Assembly (NCBI GenBank): GCA_965112155.1 | Contig: OZ218103.1 | DNA from: Podarcis liolepis | Taxonomy: Eukaryota | DNA length: 64,000 bases | Direction: 5' to 3' (one strand) | In this document: positions 38,301 to 51,639 of the stretch, piece by piece | Layout: each line of letters starts with the position of its first letter | How positions within the stretch are numbered: the stretch's first letter is position 1 | The notes under the pieces: generated by a model | Databases searched by the model: none | The model's input: the letters and a program-made list of their open reading frames with translations, nothing else | What the model was told of the DNA's origin: nothing | Translations under genes and position numbers: made by a program

Positions 38301-38707
38301 TTACTCCTGGGTTACCACTTTATCAGGTCCATATGTAGTATAATGCAAACTGAACCTCATTAGAAACTGTCACACTCAACCTTGAACTTGGGTCAGGGGA
38401 GAGTACAGTACAAACGTTTAGGCCCATTGTACATAATAAATGAAGTTACATAGGTTTTCTTAGGGTGTACCATTTCCAGGTGCAATGGGGTGGCATCTGA
38501 ATGCTTCCCACAGGGGGAGGTCTTGGTACACCAGGATAAAGAGTTTTAATCTTCTCTAAAGGGTGTTTCTCCTGATGCCATGGAGAAAATTCACCACCTG
38601 CAATCTGAAGTGGTACAGCCCAGGAAAGGATTTCCCACACAATTCCAGTGATTGTGAAAATAGGGTCTAAAAATATTGCTATTTCTCAGGAACTATGAGA
38701 TTCCCTT

Positions 38708-38708
<1 letters not shown>

Positions 38709-38745
<37 letters not shown>
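38709..38745. repeat. (CA)n microsatellite
   Basis: Direct reading. Confidence 0.95.
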
Positions 38746-38748
<3 letters not shown>

Positions 38749-39518
38749 AGGTAAAATGTCACAAGCACAGACACATCATGCTTGCCATGCCACCTTTAAC
38801 AGACCTAGACAGTGCTATACTTACTTTATAATATGTCATAAATAATGTGTTAACATGCCACTCCAAGAAAGAACTAGCACCACAAGGAACCCCTCACCAG
38901 TTTCTCGAACCATTACATGCCGTAACCAAGAACTACAGAATCCGACAGACATTATTCAAACAATTCCTTTCTTTAGTTTATTTTAGTGCACTGTACTTCA
39001 AACAATATATTTTCAAAGCACATGAATATGTACAGTACCTTTAAAGGAAAAACACAGCCCTACAGCGCATCAGCAAGCAAAAGCAGACATTTGATTTTAT
39101 GCAATAATGTGTCAAATTTTGGAACAGAGCTTTCTCCGTGTGGCGGCATGGGCTAGGGGAGGGAAGAAGCGCCTGGTTATTCCAAGTCAGGGCAAGGCTA
39201 CTATATCAAGGTTTCAGGCAGCAAAACTTAAAAATTCACATTGGACTTTTACTCTAGACTGTGAAAACACTGTAGAAACTCTATAAACATTTTCTGCTGA
39301 CACCAGAGCATGGAAACCTCTTTTATTTCAATAAATATTACATTATTAAGAAAAATGATAGTCAAATAGTAAGAATAGTCATGACGGGGTTTTTCATTTT
39401 GCCCTCTGCAAAAAGGTCAAGATGCGCTCGTACTGGTTTCATAGTACAAGGAAATACATCAGTTATCAAAACATTGAGTATGTCTCCCTTTATTCCAGAT
39501 GGCTATAGAAAGTCAAGA

Positions 39519-39525
39519 ACACGCA

Positions 39526-39585
<60 letters not shown>
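39519..39585. repeat. Compound (CA)n(GA)n microsatellite
   Basis: Direct reading. Confidence 0.95.
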
Positions 39586-39587
<2 letters not shown>

Positions 39588-40075
39588 CTTTAACTCTGGA
39601 CATTTGCATAATTCAGTGCATAACAGGGAGTTTTTATCTGAAGTTCCCATCCTAGTGTAACACATGCATGTTCAAAAATGCTTTTCATTAGTTATATTTC
39701 ATTCTGGCCCTATTGATCCCTTAGAATCGATCGTCTAATAGCAACCAACCCCTTCTGCCTTCCCTTGAGAAAGTCCTTTCACAACAGACAAGAGATTGCA
39801 TTATTGTAGGGAGAATAAAGCAGCGGGAGAGTTGATCTAGAACTTCCCTCACCAAGTGCCTTATTTACCACGCTTGGCCCAGTTCTGCTCTGGATTCCAA
39901 ACCAACACTAGGTGTCTGCATTACCACCAATACATGGACTCCACAAGAATGGTGTTATTTCTTTTACTGGTAGTTGCCCTTTTCAGTGATCAAGTAAGTT
40001 GTTCTACCCTGAGCAAGCTACATGGTAGAAGACACAATATAGGGCATTTCTACTACAGAACACACCAGATACATA

Positions 40076-40317
40076 CAGTGGTACCTTGGGTTACATACGC
40101 TTCAAGTTACATATGCTTCAGGTTACAGACTCCACTAACCCAGAAATATTACCTCGGGTTAAGAACTTTGCTTCAGGATGAGAACAGAAACTGTGCAGCA
40201 GCGGCGCAGCGGCAGCAGGAGGCCCCATTAGCTAAAGTGGTGCTTCAGGTTAAGAACAGTTTCAGGTTAAGAACAGGCCTCCAGGATGAATTAAGTTGTT
40301 AACCCGAGGTACCACTG
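40076..40317. mobile_element. Tc1/mariner (Tigger/pogo-like) MITE
   Basis: TA TSD on both sides. TIRs CAGTGGTACCTTGGGTTA / TAACCCGAGGTACCACTG match at 17/18. Internal TTCAGGTTA repeats. Confidence 0.9.
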
Positions 40318-40361
40318 TACTTTGCACATACACCAGCCTCCTCTCTTACTCCTCTGAAAAT

Positions 40362-40538
40362 TACAGATAGGTAGCCGTGTTGGTCTGCCATAGTCAAAAT
40401 AACAAAATTCCTTCCAGTAGCACCTTAAAGACCAACTAAGTTAGTTCTTGGTATGAGCTTTCGTGTGCATGCACACTGAAAGCTCATACCAAGAACTAAC
40501 TTAGTTGGTCTTTAAGGTGCTACTGGAAGGAATTTTGT
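40362..40538. mobile_element. Penelope-like element fragment in inverted (palindromic) arrangement
   Basis: Same family as 24247-24342, with 62-bp perfect inverted arms. 12-bp direct repeat TCCTCTGAAAAT at 40350-40361 and 40539-40550. Confidence 0.85.
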
Positions 40539-40562
40539 TCCTCTGAAAATATTTGTATAGTC

Positions 40563-40672
40563 GGTTGCCATACATCCGGAATTTCCCAGACATAGCCGGC
40601 AATCAGCTGTCAGAAACAGCCTCTGGGCAGAAATTGCTGAAATGTCTGGGAAAATCTTTACATATGGCAACC
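40563..40672. mobile_element. Small hAT-like MITE fragment
   Basis: Inverted ends GGTTGCCATA / TATGGCAACC and inner inverted TTTCCCAGACA / TGTCTGGGAAA. It may extend to ~40757. Confidence 0.6.
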
Positions 40673-41846
40673 TGTGTTGGCAGTGTCTTTTTTTGTCGAG
40701 ATTTTGCCAATAAAAAAAATAAAAGCTCAACCTTACAGTATAGCCCGGTAAATCCTATTTGAGTATCCTGTGGGAGGCGAGATACTAATTTCTGCACTAT
40801 GGTTACTTTTAAGACTTCACACTGAAATACTATGGGAAAATAAAAACAGTAGGTGCAGTCTGAAAGCGTACAAATTGAAACAAGCAGGACTCTCATTTGT
40901 AGATCATTTCTCTGAATGTGGTGATGGAGCCAAAAAATAGTTTCTATTTTTTAAAAAAACAAAAGGCTGCAAATAGCAAGAATTCTGTGTAGCTTTTGTT
41001 TCAACAGAAAAAATGCTGGACAAAGTTAACCAATTGTACTCCATTATAAATTCCCCATCTCTAAAATGGGGATAACAGCAAACTGTCAAAGAGTATGTTA
41101 AAAAGATCAAGAATACAGAAATTTTAAAAGCGTTACAGAAATTAATAATACACAACCTGATCACAAATGTAGAACATTTTATCCAAATATAGATAGTGCA
41201 ACAACTTTGTTATGAAAAATGAAAATATTAAATCTCAAAAAAACCAGAGTATTAAGTTTTAATTTCTAATTGCCTAGGGAGAGAAATGATCGTTTCTGTC
41301 CTTTCGCTATGCCACACATGACTCTCAGAATTACACGACCTGAAGTATGGGATACTTGAAACCAAATATTGGCCAGGCATAAAGGTAAATTTTAAGTTAG
41401 ATGAACAAAAAGAAAATGCTCAGCATGATTGTTATGTTGTATTATTGAAATGCCACTTTATCTGACTGAATGAATAGGGCGTAGGAGAGAAAGCGACCTC
41501 AGTGCAAAGATTTTTGGCACTCAAAATTAAAACGATGCCTCCTTCCATGAACAACATGAATGTTATGTTTACATCAGAGGCAAAAATAGGACAAGAAAAG
41601 GTCAGGGGTGAAGTTGACTGAAGTCCTGCAACTTAAATCTTTAAATCAGAACAATTGCTTTCCTTCACACCTGCAAATTCCACCTCAAGAGTCTACTGCA
41701 AAAGTAATATTAACATTCTTTCATCACCCAACTGCATAGTTTGGTCTAGTTAAAACACACATAAAATCTCAAAAAAGTGACTGCTTTTGATATATTTTGT
41801 AGAAAATGGTTTCTACTAGAAAGGGGGGAGGGTATAAGAGACGACT

Positions 41847-41883
41847 CTTCTTCCTCCTCCTCCTCCTCCTCCTCCTCTTCTTC
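41847..41883. repeat. (CCT)n/(CTT)n trinucleotide repeat
   Basis: Direct reading. Confidence 0.9.
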
Positions 41884-42388
41884 AGTTCTCCACTCTGCTG
41901 TGCCAGCCTCCCCCTTCTACTTATTGGAAAAAAACCAGTCTGCACTTTTTCTTTAAGTGCGAGGGGAAAAACTGCTAAATTTTGCTTGCTAAGAAAGTAT
42001 CTTGGCATTATAAACTGCCATCCACTTCAGATTAATGCACCCACCCTAGTAATACACGAAGGCAGAGAAATAGAAGAAAACCAGGGCACCGTTCATTAAT
42101 GAACAAATGCAACTTGCCAGAGTCCGTAGCCATAGTCTGTGTTTGGAGAAGGTACCTTGTCAAAACAAATGCCAGGCAGCTGCAAGAAACAAAGGCACAA
42201 CATCTTCTAAAATAGAAGCTGGGGCTTGCCTAAAACATTGTGTATGTCCAATAGTTGAACCAAGATGAATCAGGGAAGAGAGGGATGCCAACTCTCTGCA
42301 TAAACTACTTGGTATCAGCATACTCTCTGGAATTGGAAAAGGTCAATAATACTGAAAAGTGACCTCCAAGAACCAAGTTGTTCTAGAC

Positions 42389-42923
42389 CAGTGTTTCCCA
42401 AACGTTTTTGGGCAACGGCACACCTGTTTACCGGAAAAAAATCTCGCGGCACACCACCATTAAAGCCCCGCCCCGTGACGTCATTCGGGGAGCCGGCGGC
42501 CCGGGCCTGAGCTGGAAGGAGAGGCGGTGCTTTTCGGCACAAGGCAATCGGCTTGGAATTGTTTCCCGCGCGCTGCGAAAGGGAACAGCTGCGGTCGCGC
42601 GAACCCTCCGGCGCTGGGAGGGGAAAGGGCGGAGTCGCAGAGCACCAGCTGGCTGAGCGGTTGCGCGCAGCGTTGCGCTTTTGGAGAGCGTGCGGCTGCT
42701 GCTAGGGGATCCGGGGACGTGAGCAGGCCTGGCCCGACCCGGGTTGAAGGAGGACAAGCCGGCAGCGCGCCAAGTGAGTTCGGTTGCGCGCGACGGCCCC
42801 CGCTCCCCCCACCCCCGCCGGATCCTCGCCGCCGCCGCCTCTCGCTCGCCTCCCTCCCACGGCACACCAGCCGATGTCTCACGGCACAGTAGTGTGCCGC
42901 GGAACACCGGTTGGGAAACACTG
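42389..42923. mobile_element. Non-autonomous hAT (Charlie-type) DNA transposon / MITE, young and CpG-rich
   Basis: TIRs CAGTGTTTCCCAA...TTGGGAAACACTG and a perfect 8-bp TSD TTCTAGAC (42381-42388, 42924-42931) matching the Charlie NTCTAGAN preference. No transposase ORF. Confidence 0.93.
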
Positions 42924-43881
42924 TTCTAGACTGTTAGGCTCACTGGAAGATGAAGATGTAGCTTTGTATTATATCCTTGGCACCCCTCTATGAACTTTTT
43001 CTTGCCTTCTTGAAATGCTTCTCAGTCAACTAGCTGGGCACACAAAAAATGTTTGCTGGGCATTTAAGTGAGCCGTAAGAACCTAGTTACACCATACGGA
43101 GTGCCCCCACCCACCAAAAAATAGGAACGCAGAGAGATGTTAACAGTACTGTTTCCACTCCCTTGTCTAGGCAAAGATAATGCTGCTTCAGCCTGAGCTA
43201 GAAGGAGATAGTCATCAATTTCAACTGGCTGTTTATTGTGACGTTAAGGGCTGGCTGTAACTAATCAGATTGCAGCAAAACAACTTGCCACAAACAGTCC
43301 AGTTATGTCAATTATCTGATATTCAGCATTTCCACCTTTAATCCCACATCTGGCAAATCAGGACCTAAACCAAAAGGCGGCAGCATCCTTTCACACGTAA
43401 ATCGGAAGAGCTCTGTGACCCAGACCTTCGTCCATCTGGGAAGCCATTTCTGAGAGTCCCAAGAATATCTTCAGGGCAGAAAAATGGGCAGAGCTGGGTC
43501 AAATTCAGGTCATGCTATGGAGTGCTTTCTATACAAAACACACTGGGTTCAAGTTTAAAAACTCCCTACTAGGTTACAAACATAAATCATTTGTAAATAT
43601 TTTGGAGTTAATGAATGTTGAATAACAAGAATGCAAAGAATTATCCTATAGGGTACACGAGGAAAATTAAGGTACGAAGTGTTTGACGATGCTCAAATAT
43701 CACTTTGCTCCATTATACTGGCATGGTATTGCCCTTCATCTAAAAATCCAGCTGTTCCCTACCTCACTACAATGGATGAAGTCCTGCTATTTGACAGGAT
43801 CTACTGCCTCTCCCATTATATACTTCTTTTCGAGTCTTTGCTGCTGGCAGAAAAACAGGCTTTCTGCATCTCCTCCAATCC

Positions 43882-43884
<3 letters not shown>

Positions 43885-43914
<30 letters not shown>
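43885..43914. repeat. (CA)n microsatellite
   Basis: Direct reading. Further dinucleotide tracts at 6633-6655, 34467-34496 and 48782-48807. Confidence 0.95.
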
Positions 43915-43915
<1 letters not shown>

Positions 43916-44987
43916 ACAAGCAAGCTTTTTTTCACCCTGTTCATGTGGTCAAGTACCTTATTTACAGAGGCTTTTCTAAGGTGCCCAACACCAAGAAGTA
44001 CACCCAACTACTTCACTGTAATTCTATTCCAAAACGGGGGTAACTGTCATTGAAATTAGATGTTACTGAAGCAATGACCCACCCAAAGCAACACAGGATG
44101 ATCACAGCACAACCAAAAAGTGAACTAGACAGTCTAGGTCTTGAAACACAGGTCAACACCATCTACTTATATCGGCCTTTTGCCTAACAGAAAATAATCA
44201 CTATGTTTTATTTGAATATACCTGGGTTGTCATTTGTAAAGCTTAAAATGTGCGTGAACTAGAAGTGTATATAGGAAATAGACCATAGGAAAACCCTAGA
44301 AAAACTGCCTGAAAATATCAACTAATTCATCTACACTCTTCTTTGCCGCTTCCCATGTTTTATTTGTTTGTATGGGGCCATGGGATATGGGAGAAGAGTT
44401 TTAAGCCGCTGGCCACTCCTAGATTTTTTAAAAGAGGAATGACTGGTTTTTAACTGAACAAACTGCCTCTTTGGGGATGGGATATATTCCCCAAAACTGC
44501 TTTGTTCACTCCCGCATGTGTGAGTCATTACACAGTTTCCTTTTGACAGGATCAAACAGTGCCAGATAAATCCAGAAGCATGTTAGCTCCTATGCTGCCC
44601 TCAAGGAACACACTATACACATGCTCCGTTGCCTAATACTGCAGAGGCACACTGGTCATTTCACTGTCTTCATGCAGGATGCTTTATGCTTTACCTGGTA
44701 GTGCTATTCCACCCTTCTTGTGTTTATACAGGCAAGTAGGGCTCTCTTCTAAACCATACTAGCATAAATTCGGGAAGCTAAATAGACTGAGGAGAAATAG
44801 TGCCAGGATAGTGTTCATGTTAAAATATCCAGGTTCATTGGCATACAGCTGCTATATACAAATGGGCAAATGCTCCCTTTCTTCAAAAAAGATACAAACT
44901 TCTCTTCCTTTATGAATTTGTAGGGATTTTCCTTATTCATATTTCGTCAACTAGTGAAGCAAAGTCAAGCTTCTCACAGAGAATGAC

Positions 44988-45052
44988 TTTTATTTATTTA
45001 TTTAACAAGATTTATATACCGCTTGATTGTAATAAAACCTCAAAGCGGCTTG
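44988..45052 (-). mobile_element. L2-type 3' tail remnant
   Basis: (TTTA)n followed by TTTATATACCGCTT...AAAGCGG stem-loop. Similar remnants lie at ~16305-16380, ~25390-25450 and ~54450-54510. Confidence 0.55.
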
Positions 45053-48000
45053 CCAAACCTTGCGGGAAAGCCTCTCCCCACTTCGAAGTATGAACTGTTT
45101 AGTTTACCCCTGTATTAACACACTTGCCTGGTAGCCATAAACAATAAGGAATTGCATGCAAGTGAGCTAATGGACTGACAGACGATGGATGGGGCACTCC
45201 AGCAAGTAAGTTGCTGCAGGACAGAAGCTGCCTCCTCTTCACCCAGTACAGACATGCAGCAGGCTGCTGGGAGAGGAGCAGAGCTCTCTGTCCCTCCTCT
45301 GCCAACCCCTGTCGGCTAATTAAAACATGTGCATGCCAGTGACTTCCATAGGTTTGTTTCCAACTCTGGTTTAGCTGCTGCCTATATGCTAATGCCCGTT
45401 CAAAGGCACCACGTGGTAAAGTTTCGCCAGTGGGGCAGAATAAGAAGCAGCATATCAAAACAGGGCAACAGTGGCTTCTCTCTCCCACCCAAGTATTTCC
45501 AATGCTTGTGTTTTTTTTATCGATACTTAGAATTTTTATAGTGTGCTTTTATGAAGTTTGCATGCAGTTAACGTAATACTCCATCCAGAATGCCAGGATA
45601 CGCAACAACCCTTAATGGTGGCAGAAATCCTCGTCTACTGATCCATTTGTTGTTGAAAGTGGATGGAAGTGTTTCAGGTAAGCGGGCAGTGAATTGATCA
45701 GATTCTGTCTCTTTGCAAGGACATGGAGGTTGGGTGACATGTGCAGGCTAGCAGATAACAAATGCTGATATTGCCATAAAGACCAAGTCAGTAGAGAACG
45801 ATGTGCAATAGTGAATTTGAAAGAGTCAGATTCACAATGCTAACTAACACCTTGTCAGGGAAACTCTACTGACCTGATGAGATACTTACATTGCAAAGTT
45901 TTCAATAACCGTCCTCTATACAGACAACCTCTGTTCACCAGACACAGCAGGGTTTTTATAAAACAAGACGAGAGTCCAGGTTTTCCCAATGAATCCCCAC
46001 ACTATGGATCTTGGCTTAAATTACCTTATGTATACAAATGTGCAAGTGCACTTGTACTTTTTAATATATCCTTCTTCCTAGTTCAGCTTTTTAACCCTTT
46101 CCTAAAATCAGGATCTCTGTGGAAAATATATTAACGGATAGAAATTCAATAATCAACTGAACCACCAGTTCAAACGTGCGCACACATATATACACTGTTA
46201 TAAGACAAATTGAAACTGAATTCTGGAAATGTTCTATCTACTGCATTCCCCCCTGTATTGCTTCAAAACCCTTTTCACGTAAGACAAGCAGATTTTTCAA
46301 AGAAAACAAAAACTGTTTTAAATTCCATGTGCAAACTGCACACACTAGAACTGAAACTCCAGTGTGGGTAGAAGAACAAAGTCAAATGTGAAAATAGTAT
46401 TTTTAACTTAAAAACAAAACAAACATTTCAAAAGCCTCCCTCTTGACTACCAAGAAAAAAATGTTTATGACCAGTGAAGGAGCTTCTGAGACAAAGCAGG
46501 ACAATGAATGTATATAGAAATGTATTAATGTGTCTATTTGATCCAAAGCCAGAAAAATTAACAGAACAAATCAACAAATAGAAGTGAATGAAATCTAAGT
46601 TTGTGGCATGGATGCAAATTTCAAAGTTTATATAATAGTAAAACTGCATTCAAAATTTGAAAATTTATTATTTTGTTAATCATATCGCCTATCACACACC
46701 TCCCAGGTACAGATTTCCCTCATATAATTTAAGTCATCACTCTTTTCCTATCAACAACAATTCTGAAGGTGTGTTTTAACCTGCCATGTGGCAATTACTC
46801 CCAGTGTAAGGAGGAAATCACTCAGCCCTGGAGGCAAGTGAATTAGCCAAGTTTGAAAGGTGGCATCCTGTTCTATGCAACAGCACAACAATGCCAAATT
46901 GAAAATAATTAAATCAAAACGGGCATCAGTGGGACTTGTTTTGAAGTTGTTGTCTTTAAATCATGTTAAAGATCTTTTATTGCCCTCTCTTAAGACAACT
47001 GGGATAAAACAATATATTTTTGCAGGCAAAAGCAAGTTCCTCCATAAGGAAGCAATAAGAGAGCCTTTTTCTACCCTGAAGGCCAAACCATACACAAGCA
47101 GAGTTTGATTATAACGGCTGATAACGAATTTCTTGCAGGATCTCAGTGCCAAGAACCTGTGTAACAATATGTTGTCTTCCTGAAGCACAGGGCACAGATG
47201 AGTAGCTTTATATGATGTTATCCCCTAACCTTTTTTTAGAGTGAATGCCTTTTCTAGAAACAAACACCTGCTACCAGTAAAGAAGGACTTTGGTGAACAA
47301 ATGACTTCTCTCTCCGCTTCAACTTACAGGGAAAATCACTGATTGGAAGTGCGAAACGGAGGTGGAAAGCTCTTTACTAAATTGCGCCAAGCTATAAAAT
47401 TTACATTCTAAGGGAAGGGGAGCACATATATGCTCATCTTTTCTGTTAGATCCATCTCTTCCCCCTCTAGTTTTAAGGTGGGGGTTCAGAATTCTGACTC
47501 TCCCCAGTTCTCACACAGGCACACACTTTATCACAGCAGTCCTAACCATGGTTACTTGGAAGTAACTCCCATTGAACTTAGTGAGATTTATTTCTGGGTG
47601 AATTGCACTGTATGTCACTTTAAAAAGCAAAACACAACAGTATCTTTTTTTCCTCCAACTTCGATCTCCCCCCACATGCAACAGAAACATTTCAGCCATC
47701 ACCCCTTCCCTTCCCCATTTCAGCCCCACAGCGAGACACACACAAACATTATCAGATTCAAAAGCATCCCCTCTGCCATGAGAAAAGAAAAGCTCTTAGG
47801 CTTCTTTGGGCAAAAACTTCACAACTGACTGCACATAGTTCCCGGCTTGGTTATTAGAAAAGAAAAAGAGAAAGCGCCTGAAGTGGTTATTTTATTTGCT
47901 CTTTGTTTTATAGATTTCCCCCCTTTCTTCTTAAAGAAACCCTTCTTTCTATAAAGAGAATCTGAATTAGAGATCCACCAGATTTTTTGCTATTATTGAT

Positions 48001-51000
48001 TGTACTCTTAATAAATAAAAGAGCAATCAAAATGTTAATATAATAAGAAAATATGCAGTGTAAATTGAATGAACTATTCACTCCAAATTATTTTCTCAAT
48101 TATTACATCCTTTAGTCCTACATGCAAACAAAAAAAACTTTTCTTATTATAATCCTAAACTGTGACATTAGAGTATCAGATGAACTTGACGACTTCATGG
48201 TCTAGAAAGTTACCAGTCCGGGAAGAAAGAAATTCCATGCCTATTTACCCAGCTTTCCTTACAATATTACACAATGGAGCTGTGAAAAGGCAGCCTACTG
48301 TATGTATCTTACTCTGCAAGAAGGTTTTTGCCTAACACCAGTGCTTAGTGCCTGTGGGACTGGAGTACTCCCCCCCCCCTTTTAATATTTGCTTTAAAAG
48401 AATTCAAAAATGGATGGGAGAGAAGGTTTTTGATCATATATTTCCATGCCAAAATACTCAAATTAATCATATAAGATAGCACTTTACTAGAGAAACATTT
48501 TTCCTTTTCATTATGTTTGTAGTTTTAAAATATAACTAATCACTTGCATCAATTGTAACTAAATAGATGTTCTCCCCACTCAAAATTTAGATGTTTACAT
48601 TCTATGCACATACGCATAAGCATTAAGTTTTGAAGATTTGTTTAAACTTTCAAGAACTTTATATAAAATCAATTCAAAATACAGGAAACACAGGGGCTCA
48701 GCAATTTACTCCACTTCAATGTGCACCCATTTCTGAGGGGGAGAAAATAAAGGAACAAAGATTTGGAATCAGAACCAACTGACACACACACACACACACA
48801 CACACACCCCACCGGACCTGGTTTGCACAAAAAATTATGAATCTGGTTCTGACCATCTTTCTTAGTTTAAATCTGACTGGGGGTTTTTAAAACTTGAGAG
48901 GGGAAGGGGGTTAAATATTTTAAATCATGTTATACAAGCATCACTCACCTGCAATATATGCTCTCAGTTTAAAGTACAATTAATAGAAATTAAGAAATGT
49001 TAAATATGTGTAAAAATGGTTTAGGATCCTGGATGCTACTGCAGGCAGCATACACAACTCACAGGGCCCAGTGCCTAAGGAAGTAACACACTGACAATTT
49101 GACAGAAAATGGCCTGTGAGCAACACAAGCCCCTTCTTGTGTAAATGTTTTAACATGTAGTAATATATCTGTAGAATACTATACTATTTCTGTTGTTGAT
49201 TATACCCACCTTTTAACACAATGTAATAATTCTTTTTTATTGTACACCCCACAGCTTTTCTGAAAGCATGAAACTGAAGTTATAAGCCATTGCTAAAAAC
49301 TGGAGTAAATTTTTGTCTCCAAAGAAACAGTATTTCGGACTGAGCACTTGATTGAAGTCAGCAATGGGCCCTGGAATGGGATCTGTAGTGAAATTCCTTA
49401 GGGCTAAATTAAGAGGAGACAAATCTCACTATGAGTTTGTCAAATGCATTCCTTGTAATACTGCGCTTCAAAAGACCTTTTAGAGTCTAAGTGTCTCTAA
49501 TGAATTAGTATACCTATTCTCATCCATTTGAAGTTTATTTTGAACTTGAGGAGAGATGATTAAATGATTTCATTTTTTAAATACCAAATTCAATGGAAGT
49601 TTTTGTTTCAGATCACATACCCAAAAAATGGTCTGCCAAAATAAAACCATTTTTAACACTCCCCCCATATTTGAACTCATCTGCGTTACGTAGCATTCAG
49701 AACTTTATCACTTATGAAAATTTATAAAACAACCAAGATCCGTCACTTTATTAATTATTCTGCTGTGTGTTAATGGTGATAGAAATTGAGCATTATCTTC
49801 ACAGACCCATGTCAACTACAAGTTTTAAAATAATTTTTACTTGAAACTTCTCAGCTGCCCAAGAAAGGCTGGTAATGAATTTGCTCCCTTTCTCTTAATG
49901 ACCGACTAATGCTCACAAAACTATGATACACCTACTAGAAGACCCAGTCCCAACTCACAATCACAGCAAAATATCTATTGAGCTCCTTTTTTTAAAAAAA
50001 TATGTTGATGTTTTAGGTTGTTTTTTAAGATTTGTGCTTTTAAAAAGTTCTCTCAGTTAGGAGAAACCTATACAGATAAACCGAGAACATCACTTCTAAG
50101 CTCCTAAGTCGGAATATAAATTTTCCCCTTTCAAGTTTCAATCACCATGGCATTTAAATTATATATATTTGCACCTTTCCCACTTTTATATAGGTTATAT
50201 AAAAATTTATATAGGTTCCCCCCCCTTTTTTTAGGGAGCACTGGGATGGCATCACATTGTATTATAGTGAACAATGGATACGATCATTTCTTTGCTAATT
50301 TTAGTTCAAGTTTGCTGCTCTAAGGGATATTAGAAACATTTCTAATTCAGAGGTGGCATTTAAAGGTGGGAGTAGAAGACAAACCGACAAGAAGCTGAGG
50401 AGACAGACTGAAAGACTGATTGGGCCAAAAACATTACCTGACAGCAATAAATACGTTTTGTGCATTTAAGAAATATATAAAACGAGGAAGATCAAGCTCA
50501 TTTAAGAATGTAGATGATGAAGTGAACTACTGTAACAACAGAGTATATTTATTGCTACCTTCCCAGCAGGAAATAATAATTTAAAGAGCCATTAAAAGTT
50601 TTTTTTTTAGTCTTGTTATTTAGAAGAAAGCAAATTTAAATTTCAGTCACCGTATAAAAATCGGTAAGAAATAAGGGGAATTCAGGATTTATGAAATATT
50701 TTTCTAGCATCTCTACCACCTCAAAGTTTTATTACCCTAAAGAATAGACCTAAGCCAGAGAGCCGATCTTTTCGCTAGGCAAAAAACTTTCGTATCCGTT
50801 GCCAACTTGTTTGCCAGGAAAAAGTTATTTCAGAGTGGGGAAGACAAGAAATTCTGCTATCCCAATTCAGGATCTCACCCCCATTCTAAATGTGTACTCA
50901 AGAAGACCATAAATGTGAGTGCCTTTGAGCCTATCCATCCTGTCAATCACAATAAATTGTAATTCAAAGACACACTTACAGGACTGATTGATCTGCAGAA

Positions 51001-51639
51001 ACCCCAAAGCGGTTTTGCAACATCTACTCCCCACCCCTCTTCACATTCACAAAACAGAGGAACAAAAAAAAAATCCACTCACTGCATGCTTCTTCCTTCA
51101 TTTTTCCCTATAAGCAAGAACCTCTTATCCCTGCCTCCCATCCTCACAGCTCCCCCCATGAACAAAGAGAAAAGCTTTCCAACACCCCAACTAGTCTCAC
51201 ATATCCGATTCCTTTGGTTTCCATGCCACCCTCTGTAAATCCCAGCTGAAAAGTTATTTCCACCAGCACCTCTCTTTGTCTGGAGTGCTCCGTTTTCCGG
51301 GTACCCCGAACTTTCACGCGTCTCTTTTACTAAAAGGCACTGATAAATTAAACCGAGAGGAGGCTGCCTTCGCCAAGTAGTTTTTCTATATATATATATA
51401 TATTTTCCACATACACACCCTACCATCCTTGAGGTTGCAATCTCAGAGGGAGAAAGAGAGTAAGGAAGGATGCGGGAAAGGGGGGGTGAGGGAGAAGGGA
51501 GGGAATCAACAAAGCATAAATCTCAGCCTCCTCTACACACCTGCTTTTTCCAAAACACCTGGGGGGCAGGCGCAACAGACCGGCCAGTTTATCAACTTTA
51601 AGTCGTTCCTGATCGCAAATATTCAATGCAAGGTATATA

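Noticed and set aside
39856-40302. 148-aa ORF with a hydrophobic stretch
   Set aside because: It runs into a mariner MITE, has no recognisable domain and is antisense within an intron.
42315-42993. Several overlapping 60-159 aa ORFs and an apparent CpG-island gene start
   Set aside because: They overlap a GC-rich hAT MITE bounded by TIRs and an 8-bp TSD. Stop-poor composition explains them, and there is no transposase similarity.
33316-48170. Shared 14-mer TAATGTCACAGTTT in inverted orientation at ~33316 and ~48156
   Set aside because: 14-bp matches are expected by chance in a 64-kb window.
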